Positions 48,657 to 58,260 are shown, counted from the stretch's first letter. The stretch: 64,000 nt of DNA from Treponemataceae bacterium (GCA_963677895.2 CAXXGJ010000002.1:192001-256000), one strand, 5' to 3'. Translations and numbers: made by a program. The notes: generated by a model not told the origin, from the letters alone.

Positions 48657-49526
48657 TAGCGACACCCATCCTCACCGCCGAAGGACTGACCGTCGGCTAC
48701 CGGCCCAAATCCTTCATCCTCCACGATATCTCCATCCATCTTGACCGGGGGGAAGATCCTCGCCGTCATCGGCCCGAACGGCGCCGGCAAGACCACCCTG
48801 TTCAAGGCGCTCTCGGGCGAGCTGCCGGTTACCATCGGAAAAGTAAGGCTTTTCATGGAAGGGAAACATTCGGCCTCCCGCGTCGAGATCCACCGGTTGT
48901 CGTCGCGCAGAAGAGCGCTCCATGTGGCGCGGGTCCTGCAGAACGAACAGCCAGCCTGGGCCGTTCCCGTGGATTCCTATGTCGAAGCGGGGTTCTTCGC
49001 CAGGGAAGGCTGGTTCGGGCGCGATTCGGGCGGAAGGAAGGCGATGGTGCGGCGAAGCCTGGAGCGTCTGGGCATCGGCGACCTCGGCTCTCGCCTCGTG
49101 ACCGAACTGTCGGGCGGGGAATTCAGGAGGGTCGTGATCGCCAGGGCTCTCGCGCAAGATCCCGACGTCCTCCTCCTGGACGAACCCACGGCCGACCTCG
49201 ACATGGCCCATCAGATGGAAACCTTGGAAATCATGCGGGATCTGGCCCGTTCCGGAAAGGCGGTGGCCTTTTCCGTCCACGATCTCAACCAAGCGGCCAT
49301 GGCCGCCGATGAGATACTTCTCCTGGTGGAGGGAAGGGTGGCGGCCCTCGGCAGCCCCGAACTCGTCCTGACGCCCGAGATCATCGAAAAAGCCTACGGC
49401 GCCAGGGTGATCGTGAAAAACCACCCCACCGTCGCGGTGCCCCATATCATCCTCGACCCGCCGTGGCTGCACGCGCCGCGGTTACCCACGTCCCGCGACG
49501 AGGGATCCGAAGGAGAAGGCAGATGA
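48653..49526 (+). pseudogene. btuD: Cobalamin ABC transporter ATPase with +1 frameshift near 48747-48754
   Basis: Frame 1 gives MIATPILTAEGLTVGY...LHDISIHLDRG; next frame gives ILAVIGPNGAGKTT...LSGGE...LLLDEPT; one extra base at G6/AA. Confidence 0.8.
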
Positions 49527-50056
49527 AGCGCGGCTATGTCCAGGTATACACGGGAAACGGCAAAGGCAAGACGACGGCCGCCCTGGGACTCTGCATGCGC
49601 GCCCTCGGCGCCGGGCTCTCCATCTACATAGGCCAGTTCATCAAGGGAATGAAATACTCGGAAATCGTCACGCTCGAAAAGCTCTCCGCGCTTCTGGGCG
49701 CGGAAAGGCTCGTCGTCGAGCAGTACGGACGGGGCTGTTTCATCTTCCGCGAACCCCAACCGGAGGATCTGGCGGCCGCCCGCGAAGGACTCGAAAAAGC
49801 CATGGCGGCGATGCGTTCCGGAAAATTCGACCTCGTTATCCTGGACGAAATCAACGTGGCTTCGCGCTTCGGCTTCGTCACCGAAGGAGATTTCGCCTCG
49901 CTTCTCGACGCCCGCCCCGGGAACGTCGAGTTGGTGCTGACCGGCCGCTATGCTCCCGAGTATCTCCTCGCGCGCGCCGACCTCGTCACCGAGATGAAGG
50001 ACATCCGCCACTACTACGCCGCCGGCGTCGAGGCGAGGGACGGGATAGAGCGCTGA
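49523..50056 (+). CDS. cobA: Cob(I)alamin adenosyltransferase (CobA/CobO/BtuR type)
   Basis: YTGNGKGKTTAALG, QFIKG, ILDEI, LTGR, ADLVTEM, ARDGIE. Confidence 0.95.
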   Translation: MKRGYVQVYTGNGKGKTTAALGLCMRALGAGLSIYIGQFIKGMKYSEIVTLEKLSALLGAERLVVEQYGRGCFIFREPQPEDLAAAREGLEKAMAAMRSGKFDLVILDEINVASRFGFVTEGDFASLLDARPGNVELVLTGRYAPEYLLARADLVTEMKDIRHYYAAGVEARDGIER

Positions 50057-50160
50057 GGCTCCGGCGACGCCGCCGCGCTCCGGTAGCCGCGCCCAGCGGC
50101 GAGCATCCGGCGCCGCCGCGCCCTATTTGCCGCCATCGCCGCGGCGCCTCCGCGCCGACA

Positions 50161-50213
50161 TTGACAACCTTCTAGGCTGAATATATAGTTCAGCAACTTA
50201 AGTTATACTTAAG
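50161..50213 (+). promoter_or_regulatory. Sigma-70 promoter with overlapping palindromes
   Basis: TTGACA-N17-TATAGT; GCTGAA-N7-TTCAGC dyad spans the -10; CTTAAG-N5-CTTAAG follows. Confidence 0.7.
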
Positions 50214-50222
50214 AAGGTGGCC

Positions 50223-50801
50223 ATGAAGTATAAATTCGGCGAAAAAATCCGAAACGTGAGGGACCGGCGCGGCCTCACGCTCAAGGAAGTGGCGGAAAAG
50301 GCCGGGATCAGCGAAAGCATGGTCTCCCAGATCGAACGCAATCGGGTTTCTCCCGCCATAGACACCCTGCTGGCCCTCGCCGACGCCCTGGATATAGACC
50401 TCGAATACCTCTTCTCCGACTATAGGCGCGAAAGATCGGTGCAGATCGTCAAGGCGGCGGACCGATCGACCCTCGCCAAACCGGGCATCCTCTACGAGCG
50501 CTTAGCCCAGCTCGAAGGCATAATGCCGGGTATCGACGGCATAGAAGCCTACGAGATCAGCCTGGAACCGGGCGCGCAGACCGGAAGCGACGAATACGGC
50601 CATAAGGGCTCGGAGCTCGGCCTCGTCGTGGAAGGCCGCGCCGAACTCGTCATCGGAAAAGAAACCTACAGCCTCGAGAAGGGCGATTCGGCCGGCTTCG
50701 CTTCCGATTTCCCCCACATTCTCCGCAACACGAGCCAGAAACCGCTTCGCGTATTCTGGGTCATAACCCCGCCCAAAAACGAAATATCCAAGAGGAGCTG
50801 A
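50223..50801 (+). CDS. XRE-family HTH regulator with cupin domain
   Basis: LTLKEVAEKAGISESMVSQIERNRVSP; cupin HKGSE...VEG...GDSAGF...PH. Confidence 0.92.
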   Translation: MKYKFGEKIRNVRDRRGLTLKEVAEKAGISESMVSQIERNRVSPAIDTLLALADALDIDLEYLFSDYRRERSVQIVKAADRSTLAKPGILYERLAQLEGIMPGIDGIEAYEISLEPGAQTGSDEYGHKGSELGLVVEGRAELVIGKETYSLEKGDSAGFASDFPHILRNTSQKPLRVFWVITPPKNEISKRS

Positions 50802-50803
50802 TT

Positions 50804-52090
50804 ATGGGAAAGACGCTCTCGGAAAAGATCTTCGAGACCCATCTCGTCGACATGCCCTTCGCCGACACCTGGGTGCTCAAGCTGGACACCGTTTTCTGCC
50901 ATGAGATCACGACGCCGATAGCCATCGACGATCTGGTCAAAAAAGGCATGGACAGAGTCTACGACGCCGACCGGATCAAGGTAGTCATCGATCATGTCTC
51001 GCCCGCCAAGGATTCCAAGACCGCCGAGCAAGGCAAGACGCTCCGCTCCTGGGCGCGCAGGCACGGGATCGCGGACTTTTTCGACATCGGAAGAAACGGC
51101 GTCTGTCACGCGCTCTTTCCCGAAAAGGGCTACGTGAGGCCGGGCTACGCCCTCGTCATGGGCGACAGCCACACCTGCACGCATGGCGCCTTCGGGGCTT
51201 TCGCCGCGGGCGTCGGGACCACGGACCTCGAAATCGCTGTTCTGCGGGGCGTCTGCGCCTTCAGGAAGCCCGATACCCTCAGGCTGAACCTGAACGGAAC
51301 GCTGAAGCCCGGCATCTACGTCAAGGACGTCATCCTGTACGCGATTTCCCGGCTGGGCGTGGCCGGCGCCACCGATAAGGTGATCGAATTCCGCGGACCC
51401 ATCGTCGACGAGATGTCCATGGAAGGGCGCATGACGCTCTGCAACATGGCCGTCGAGGCCGGCGGCACGAGCGGCGTCTGCATGCCCGACGCGAAAACGG
51501 TCGCGTACCTCTGGCCCTTCATCGGTCCCAAGGGCGAAAAACTCTACGAAACTGAACAGGAAGCGCTCGCCGACTACGCCCGATGGCGCAGCGACGAGGA
51601 CGCGGTTTACGCTTCCACCATGGACATAGACTGCTCCTACATCGAACCCCTCGTCACGACAGGCTTCAAGCCCGATCAAGTGGCGCTGGCCAGAAACATG
51701 TCGGCGGTGAAGGTGGATCAGGTCTATATCGGGTCCTGCACGAACGGCAGGATCGAGGATCTCCGCGCGGCGGCCAAGGTGCTCAAAGGCCGGACGATAG
51801 CGCCCGAAGTCAGGGGAATCGTTTCCCCCGCGACGCCTGCCGTGTACGCGCAGGCCTTGAAGGAAGGCATCATCGAAATCTTCCTCGAGGCGGGTTTCTG
51901 CGTGACGAATCCGACCTGCGGCGCCTGCCTCGGCATGTCCAATGGCGTCCTGGCATCGGGGGAAGTCTGCGCCTCGACCACGAACCGCAATTTCAACGGG
52001 CGGATGGGCAAGGGCGGCATGATCCATCTGATGAGCCCGGCTACGGCCGCGGCCACCGCCATCGCGGGGCACATAGCCACGGCGCAGTAA
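50804..52090 (+). CDS. leuC: 3-isopropylmalate dehydratase large subunit (LeuC/HacA/DmdA-type)
   Basis: CHE, DH, GVCH, DSHTCTHGAFG, CNMAVEAGG, IGSCTNGR, CGACLG, STTNRNFNGRMG. Confidence 0.88.
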   Translation: MGKTLSEKIFETHLVDMPFADTWVLKLDTVFCHEITTPIAIDDLVKKGMDRVYDADRIKVVIDHVSPAKDSKTAEQGKTLRSWARRHGIADFFDIGRNGVCHALFPEKGYVRPGYALVMGDSHTCTHGAFGAFAAGVGTTDLEIAVLRGVCAFRKPDTLRLNLNGTLKPGIYVKDVILYAISRLGVAGATDKVIEFRGPIVDEMSMEGRMTLCNMAVEAGGTSGVCMPDAKTVAYLWPFIGPKGEKLYETEQEALADYARWRSDEDAVYASTMDIDCSYIEPLVTTGFKPDQVALARNMSAVKVDQVYIGSCTNGRIEDLRAAAKVLKGRTIAPEVRGIVSPATPAVYAQALKEGIIEIFLEAGFCVTNPTCGACLGMSNGVLASGEVCASTTNRNFNGRMGKGGMIHLMSPATAAATAIAGHIATAQ

Positions 52091-52109
52091 GGCTGCCCCG
52101 ACGACGCGT

Positions 52110-52168
52110 GCGCGCGGCCCCCTCCGGGGAGTCTCATCGTAAAGATGCAGGCCCCGGGGGCCGCGCGC
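52110..52168. other. Long GC-rich intergenic hairpin
   Basis: GCGCGCGGCCCCC...GGGGGCCGCGCGC 13-bp stem between leuC and leuD, no U-tract. Confidence 0.6.
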
Positions 52169-52212
52169 CGGCACCGCGAAATTAATACTAGCTAAAAGGG
52201 AGGATTTCCACC

Positions 52213-52740
52213 ATGAAACAGTTGGGCGGCACGGTACTTTTCCTCGATAGGAACGACATAAACACCGACGAGATTATCCCGGCCCGATATCTGAACGAGG
52301 ATTCCAGGGAAGCCCTGGGGCCGTACTGCTTCGAGGACCTAGCGCTGCCGGGCTTCGACAGGCTCCGCGATATTCCGGGCAAGGGCGCCATCGTCTCAAG
52401 GGCCAACTTCGGCTGCGGTAGTTCGCGCGAGCACGCGCCCTGGGCCCTCGAGGCCAACGGCATCAACGTGGTCATCGCCGAAAGTTTCGCCCGCATCTAC
52501 CGGCGGAACATGTTCAACTGCGGGATGGTGGCCGTTGAATTGCCGGCCGTCAGCATCAACGCGCTCTTCGGGCGCTTCGCGGGCCAGCCCGCTGAAATGT
52601 CCTTCGACATCGAAGGCAGGACGATGAGCTTTTCCTCCTCGTCCGGGGAGAAGATGACCGTACCCTTCGTCCTGGGCGATTTCGAGATCGCCATGGTCAA
52701 GGCCGGCGGCTGGGTGCCCTTCGCCGCGGAGAAGTACTGA
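52213..52740 (+). CDS. leuD: 3-isopropylmalate dehydratase small subunit
   Basis: DINTDEIIPARYL, NFGCGSSREHAPWAL, SFARIYRRN. Confidence 0.9.
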   Translation: MKQLGGTVLFLDRNDINTDEIIPARYLNEDSREALGPYCFEDLALPGFDRLRDIPGKGAIVSRANFGCGSSREHAPWALEANGINVVIAESFARIYRRNMFNCGMVAVELPAVSINALFGRFAGQPAEMSFDIEGRTMSFSSSSGEKMTVPFVLGDFEIAMVKAGGWVPFAAEKY

Positions 52741-52748
52741 GGCGCGGC
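52702..52748 (+). repeat. Direct repeat copy 1 (leuD 3' end)
   Basis: GCCGGCGGCTGGGTGCCCTTCGCCGCGGAGAAGTACTGAGGCGCGGC. Confidence 0.85.
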
Positions 52749-52870
52749 TATCTACACTTCGGCGACAAGGTCGCGAGGCCTAGAGGCCGCAAGATTCCGA
52801 GGTTTCGGTTTTTGACTTATTTTGAGCCTGTCGTTATGTTCTGATCAGGATTGGTTTTATGGAGGCTATC

Positions 52871-53071
52871 ATGATTAAGAATATGGGAAAGGTGGATAAG
52901 GTGATCAGGCTCGTATTGGCGCTCATCGTGGGCGTCCTGATCATAACCGGGAATCTTGTCGGAACCGCGGCCGTCATCCTGGGAATCCTGGCGCTGGTAT
53001 TCCTCGCCACGAGTGCCATCGGGACCTGTCCGCTTTATATTCCCTTTAAAATCAGCACGAAGAAGAAATAG
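52871..53071 (+). CDS. DUF2892 (YgaP-like) small membrane protein
   Basis: KNMGKVDKVIR...two TM...GTCPLYIPFKIST signature; GGAGG RBS. Confidence 0.9.
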   Translation: MIKNMGKVDKVIRLVLALIVGVLIITGNLVGTAAVILGILALVFLATSAIGTCPLYIPFKISTKKK

Positions 53072-53073
53072 AA

Positions 53074-53121
53074 GCCAGCGGCTGGTTGCCCTTCGCCGCC
53101 GAAAAAATACTGAGGCGCGGC
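53074..53121 (+). repeat. Direct repeat copy 2 (diverged orphan leuD 3' end)
   Basis: GCCAGCGGCTGGTTGCCCTTCGCCGCCGAAAAAATACTGAGGCGCGGC. Confidence 0.85.
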
Positions 53122-53191
53122 GCCAGCCTCGGCGCCAGCGCAAGCGAGAAAAGGCTCTCCGTTTCCGCCCTCTCCTGACTTTTCGTCCGCC

Positions 53192-54307
53192 TCAAACGGC
53201 CGGATACCAGAGCGTCCTGTTGATGCGAATCCTACAGCGCGCGCCCTCGGCCGGTCCCCGCTCATGGCGCGGTTTTTGCACCCGCAGCTCGATGTTTCCG
53301 ACCGCGAGCTTGTAGTCGATGATATCGCCCAGGTAGGTTCGTCTCGCCACCAGGGCTTCCGTCGTCGCGTCGCCAGTGCCACTGCCCACGCCACTGCCCG
53401 CGCCGATATTACCGGCATTGCCGGAATCCACAACCCCCTGTCCCACAAAGTCGATGTCCGACGGTCTGCATGCCATCAAAGCCCTGTTTCCAAATTCCGC
53501 GGGAGCCCTATGGCTCAAGGCGCCCTCAGCGCCCGCTACGATAGCCTTGCCGCCCGCGATATCCACCGGTATGAAATTCGACAGACCGATGAACGAGAAC
53601 ACGAATTTATTCGCGGGTTTGTTGTATATATCGAGCGGCTTTCCAATCTGCTGTACTATGCCGTGATCCATGACGAGCATGCGGTCCGATAGGGCCATCG
53701 CCTCTGCCTGATCATGGGTCACGTAGATGATGGTGAAACCGAACTTTTTCTGCAGATCTTTTATCTCGAAGCGCATTTCTTCGCGAAGCTTGGCGTCGAG
53801 GTTCGACAACGGCTCGTCGAGGAGCATCACCTTCGGATTGATGGCGATGGCTCGCGCGAGCGCTATTCGCTGCTGTTCGCCGCCTGAAAGCTTGCCAGGA
53901 TAGCTCGCTTCCCGATGCGTAAGGCCGGTGCTCTGCAGCGCCATCGTAACCCGCTCGGCGATTTCTTGCTTGGGCCGCCTGCGGATCTGCAGCGGGAATG
54001 CCACGTTGTCGCGCACCGTCAGATGAGGCCATACGGCGAATGCCTGGAAAACCATGCCGAAATCCCGCTGCTCGGGAGGGAGATAATATTTCTTGAAACT
54101 GGATGAGAACACCTTTCCGTCGACGGAGAGTTCCCCTTCGTCCAGGTCTTCGAACCCGGCGATCATGCGGAGCGTCGTCGTCTTGCCGCATCCTGAAGGA
54201 CCGAGAAAGGAGAAGCATTCGCCTTTCTCCACCTCGAGATTGAGCCTGTTCACCGCGATGACATCGCCGAAGCGCTTGGTTACGTCCACGAGTTTTAGCT
54301 GCGCCAT
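53192..54307 (-). CDS. ABC transporter ATP-binding protein (second ATPase)
   Basis: GPSGCGKT, LSGGEQQR, LLDEP, VTHDQ, TOBE tail. Confidence 0.95.
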   Translation of the reverse strand: MAQLKLVDVTKRFGDVIAVNRLNLEVEKGECFSFLGPSGCGKTTTLRMIAGFEDLDEGELSVDGKVFSSSFKKYYLPPEQRDFGMVFQAFAVWPHLTVRDNVAFPLQIRRRPKQEIAERVTMALQSTGLTHREASYPGKLSGGEQQRIALARAIAINPKVMLLDEPLSNLDAKLREEMRFEIKDLQKKFGFTIIYVTHDQAEAMALSDRMLVMDHGIVQQIGKPLDIYNKPANKFVFSFIGLSNFIPVDIAGGKAIVAGAEGALSHRAPAEFGNRALMACRPSDIDFVGQGVVDSGNAGNIGAGSGVGSGTGDATTEALVARRTYLGDIIDYKLAVGNIELRVQKPRHERGPAEGARCRIRINRTLWYPAV

Positions 54308-54311
54308 CGCT

Positions 54312-56012
54312 TTATTCCTCCACCTTCGCCCTGGGCTTGTCCAGCTGGGCTAAAAATTTGCGTATGATAGCCTCGCCCATGAATATGATGAGAAGCGCTA
54401 CGCTGGCCAGGGCTGCCGCGCGCACGGTCTCGCCGTCTTCATTGAGGGCGTAGATGGCGACGCCTATCGTCCTTGTCGTCGGTCCGTACAGGAGCACCGA
54501 CGTCGTCAGCTCGCGGAGAGCGGGCAGGAAGATGAGGAAGAAGGCGCTGATCATACCCGGCTTGATTAAGGGGATTACGATATTCTTGAGACTCTGCCAG
54601 TGTGTCGCCCCGCAGGCGCGGCTCGCCTCCTCGAGCGAATCTGAGACCTGCGAAAGCGATGCCGAATTCGATTTGATGGAGAAGGCCATGTACCGGGCAA
54701 TGTATGCCACGAAGATGATCCAGGGCGTGTTGTAGAGATTTACGCCGAACCTGCCGCTCCAGGTGAGGATCACGCCCAGGGCTATGACCGTTCCGGGCAG
54801 GGAGAAGGGCAGCACGCCGAGGAATTGCAGCATGAATTTGCCTCGCACCTTCATCTTGACGATCACGTAGGAGATCATCGTACCCGCCAGCATGGTCACG
54901 AAAGCGGCGCCCAGCGATAGGTAAATCGAGTTCCAGATGGCGTCCCTCGTCATCTTCCACTGAAAGATTTTCAGGTAGTTGTCCCAGGTCATGCTCTTGG
55001 CGGCGAAGGGCAGGCCGTAGGTCTTGAGGCCGCCGACCATGAAGATCGTCACGGTGGGGAGGACTACCGTTATCGCGATATAGATGACGCTGATGATGAG
55101 AAGGGGGATCTTGAGGCCGCGCAGCTTGAGTACCATGGGACGCATGCTTTTGCCGGCGATGATCTGATACTGTCCTTTTTTAAGGAGAACATCCTGCAGT
55201 TTGAGGATGAGGGCCGCCGCGATGACCAGGATCATGGATAAGATTGTGCCGACGCGGATCGCCCCGAATGAGCCTCCGGAGGCGTAGATCCGCTCATAGA
55301 TCTTGGTGGGGATGTTATAGATGCCCTTTTCGGTGCCCAGAATCGAGGGCACGCCGAAATGCGAGAGGGAATAGAGGGCGACGAGGAGGGCTCCCGCCAG
55401 GATGCTCGGCATGACGAGGGGCAGGGTGATCCTGCGCGTGATCGTTCCAAGGCCCGCGCCCGAGATGCGGGCGGATTCTTCAAGCGTGGGGTCCATGCGC
55501 TCGAGTGCTCCGGCCACTTGGAGAAAGACGAAGGGGAAGAGGTACATGCTTTCGATGGCGATGATGCCGCCGAGACTCATGATGTCGATAGGCGCCTTCT
55601 CGAGGCCGAACATGGCGATGAGGAGCTTGTTGATGTAGCCGGCCCTGGAGGAGAGAAGGACTTTCCACGCGAGCGCGCCAATAAATGAGGGCAGCATGAA
55701 GGGAACGAGGAAAAGCGCCTTCATGATTTTCTTGAAGGGCAGATCGGTGCGGGCGACGAGCCAGGCGAAAAAGGTGCCGATCGTCGTCGATACAAGGGTT
55801 ACGCCGGCGGCGATGATTACCGAGTTGAGGAGTGCCTGGTAGGTGTCGGGGTCCGAGAGGATTTTCATCACGCCGGCGATGTTGAATTTGCCATTCTCGA
55901 AGAAGGCGGTGATGAAGATGAGTATGACGGGTACCGCCACGACTATGACGAGGACGAGTATCGAAAAGATCAGGACGAGGTTCGCCGTGTTGATTTTCTT
56001 GCCGTTGTTCAT
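54312..56012 (-). CDS. ABC transporter permease (FbpB-type, duplicated)
   Basis: Two EAA loops (LEESARISGA, LEEASRACGA); ATGA overlap with upstream ATPase. Confidence 0.92.
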   Translation of the reverse strand: MNNGKKINTANLVLIFSILVLVIVVAVPVILIFITAFFENGKFNIAGVMKILSDPDTYQALLNSVIIAAGVTLVSTTIGTFFAWLVARTDLPFKKIMKALFLVPFMLPSFIGALAWKVLLSSRAGYINKLLIAMFGLEKAPIDIMSLGGIIAIESMYLFPFVFLQVAGALERMDPTLEESARISGAGLGTITRRITLPLVMPSILAGALLVALYSLSHFGVPSILGTEKGIYNIPTKIYERIYASGGSFGAIRVGTILSMILVIAAALILKLQDVLLKKGQYQIIAGKSMRPMVLKLRGLKIPLLIISVIYIAITVVLPTVTIFMVGGLKTYGLPFAAKSMTWDNYLKIFQWKMTRDAIWNSIYLSLGAAFVTMLAGTMISYVIVKMKVRGKFMLQFLGVLPFSLPGTVIALGVILTWSGRFGVNLYNTPWIIFVAYIARYMAFSIKSNSASLSQVSDSLEEASRACGATHWQSLKNIVIPLIKPGMISAFFLIFLPALRELTTSVLLYGPTTRTIGVAIYALNEDGETVRAAALASVALLIIFMGEAIIRKFLAQLDKPRAKVEE

Positions 56013-57130
56013 CGCACGGCCTCCCCATCGATGCCGAACCACCTGAGATTGGTGAATCGCAGGCCGCACAAGTCGCCTTCCGCTATGATCATGTCGCGCG
56101 CCGTGGCTTCCTCGGTCTGCATCTGCGCGCGGAGTTGAACGCCGCCCACTTCGACAAGGTAGTCGATGATAGGCCCCAGGAGAGAAAGTCGCAGGACTTT
56201 GGCCGGAAGTGCGTCCGCGGCCTCAGCGCTCTTCTCCATTTGAATATCCATCGGCCTGCATGCTGCTTTTCCGGCCTTGTCTAAGAAGGCCGCCGGAGGT
56301 GCCTCGGGAATCCTGATTCCGGCCGCGCCTTTTGCGCCGCCAGGCGAGGCGCCGCCAACTGAAATGAAGGCCGATCCGTCGCGAATCTCGAAGGGGATAT
56401 AGTTGGGGATTCCGAGGAATTGGTGCACGAATTCGTTCACCGGCTGTTCGTAGACTTGATCGGGCGTTCCCGTCTGCCTGATTTTTCCCTCTTCGTCCAT
56501 GATCGCCATACGGTCGGAAATCGCGAGGGCGACTTCCTGGTCGTGGGTGACATAGAAAATAGTCGTGCCCGTCTTGCGTTGAAGTTCTTTTATCTCGAAG
56601 CGCATCTCTTCGCGCAGGTTCGCGTCCAGATTCGTCAGCGGTTCATCGAGGAGCATGACGGCGGGTGCGGTCACAAGCGCGCGGGCGAGGGCTACGCGCT
56701 GCTGCTGGCCGCCGGAAAGCTGGTAGGGATAGCGGTTGGCAAGGCCCTTGAGGCCTACCTGGTCGATCGCTTTCTTAACGTCTTCAGCGATCTTTTCCTT
56801 GGAGGTTTTGGCGATTTCGAGAGGATAGGAGATGTTTTCATGAACGGTTTTATGCGGCCAGACGGCGTAGTCCTGGAAGACGACGCCAATGTGCCGCTCT
56901 TCTGGTGGCAGAGCGTGTTTTGCGTCGGCTACGACCTTGCCCCCGATACTCACGGTTCCGGCGTCCGGCGTTTCGAAACCGGCGATGAGACGCAAAATGA
57001 CTGTTTTTCCGCATCCCGAAGGACCAAGGAGAGTGAAACACTCCCCCGATTTTATGGTGAGATCGAGGCCGTCGAGGACTTTTCTCGTCCCGTATGATTT
57101 CGATACTCCCGACAGCTGAAGATCAGCCAT
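56009..57130 (-). CDS. ABC transporter ATP-binding protein (first ATPase)
   Basis: GPSGCGKT, LSGGQQQR, LLDEP, VTHDQ. Confidence 0.95.
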   Translation of the reverse strand: MADLQLSGVSKSYGTRKVLDGLDLTIKSGECFTLLGPSGCGKTVILRLIAGFETPDAGTVSIGGKVVADAKHALPPEERHIGVVFQDYAVWPHKTVHENISYPLEIAKTSKEKIAEDVKKAIDQVGLKGLANRYPYQLSGGQQQRVALARALVTAPAVMLLDEPLTNLDANLREEMRFEIKELQRKTGTTIFYVTHDQEVALAISDRMAIMDEEGKIRQTGTPDQVYEQPVNEFVHQFLGIPNYIPFEIRDGSAFISVGGASPGGAKGAAGIRIPEAPPAAFLDKAGKAACRPMDIQMEKSAEAADALPAKVLRLSLLGPIIDYLVEVGGVQLRAQMQTEEATARDMIIAEGDLCGLRFTNLRWFGIDGEAVR

Positions 57131-57270
57131 GCTTAGGTCTCCTTGTAAAATTTAGTAAATTCGCGTCTATTCGAGAGACAGCGCCGCGGTCTGTGTCGCA
57201 TTGCCTGGATTGCCGGTGGGACCGCGCCGGATGAAAGGATTTTCCTCCCCGGCGCGATCGGTCGCTCGGT

Positions 57271-58260
57271 CTATTTCTTCTGCATTATCTCGGTGAACTT
57301 GTCGATGGTGGCCTGTTTTTCGACCATTAGTTTGATGTAATCGATTTTCATGGCCCGTTTGACAGCCTCTTCGGGCGTCACGAGGCCGACGCCCTGGACG
57401 ATCGGTACATCCTTCCGGATGGGGAGGGTATAGTTGCCCGCGATAATGGTCTGCCCTTCCTTGGAGAGGAGGAAATCGACGAATTTCTGGGCGGCGGAGA
57501 GGTTCTTCGTACCCTTGAAGATGGCGACAGGACTCGGAACGACGAGCATTTCCTTAGGATAAGCGAAGCCGAGCGAGGCGCCCAGCTTGATCTTGTCGAT
57601 GGTGATGTAGTCCACGCCGATGCAGCCGACGAGATCTCCGGCCGCGGTGTTGTCGACGACCTGGCCTGAGCCCTGTCCGAGCTTGCCGCCGTTGGCGCGC
57701 AGCTTGGTGAAATAATCCCAGCCAAGGTTTTCGGCTATCATGCCGACGGAAACCATGGCGGTGCCGGAGAGGGCCGGATTGGCGATGGCGAAGCTGTCCT
57801 TCCACGCGGGACCGAAGAGATCGGACCACTGGGTGGGCGGCGTCTTAATCTTGTTGGTATTGTAGGTCACACCCAACGTGCCGAGGCGGGCGGGGGTAAA
57901 CTCATAGTCCGGATCGATGAGGGGGCTTACCACGTACTGAGCCTCAGGCGATTTATATTTCTGCAGGATGCCTTCCTTCTTGAGGGCGTAGAAATCGGGA
58001 ACCTCGCTTGTCCACAGAACGTCGACGACGAGTTTCCCCGACTGCCGTTCGGCCGCTATCTTGGCCATGATTTTGCCGGCGCCCGCCGAATAGTAGTCGA
58101 ATTGGATGTTCGGGTACTTTTTGACGAATCCATCCCTGAGTTCGCCGATCAGTACTTCCTTCATCGAGGTGTAAACCATCAGCTTTTCTTTTCCCTGGGC
58201 AAAGGCCGGAACGATTCCCGCCGAGAGCAGAATCATGATCAACAGTAGTGCACGTTTCAT
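57271..58260 (-). CDS. ABC transporter substrate-binding protein (FbpA/AfuA-like family)
   Basis: Signal peptide, LMVYTS, PTQWSDL, ANPALSGTA, YPKE, AQKFVDFLLSKEGQ. Confidence 0.88.
   Translation of the reverse strand: MKRALLLIMILLSAGIVPAFAQGKEKLMVYTSMKEVLIGELRDGFVKKYPNIQFDYYSAGAGKIMAKIAAERQSGKLVVDVLWTSEVPDFYALKKEGILQKYKSPEAQYVVSPLIDPDYEFTPARLGTLGVTYNTNKIKTPPTQWSDLFGPAWKDSFAIANPALSGTAMVSVGMIAENLGWDYFTKLRANGGKLGQGSGQVVDNTAAGDLVGCIGVDYITIDKIKLGASLGFAYPKEMLVVPSPVAIFKGTKNLSAAQKFVDFLLSKEGQTIIAGNYTLPIRKDVPIVQGVGLVTPEEAVKRAMKIDYIKLMVEKQATIDKFTEIMQKK

Noticed and set aside
50666..52174. 502-aa minus-strand ORF
   Set aside because: Antisense shadow of leuC
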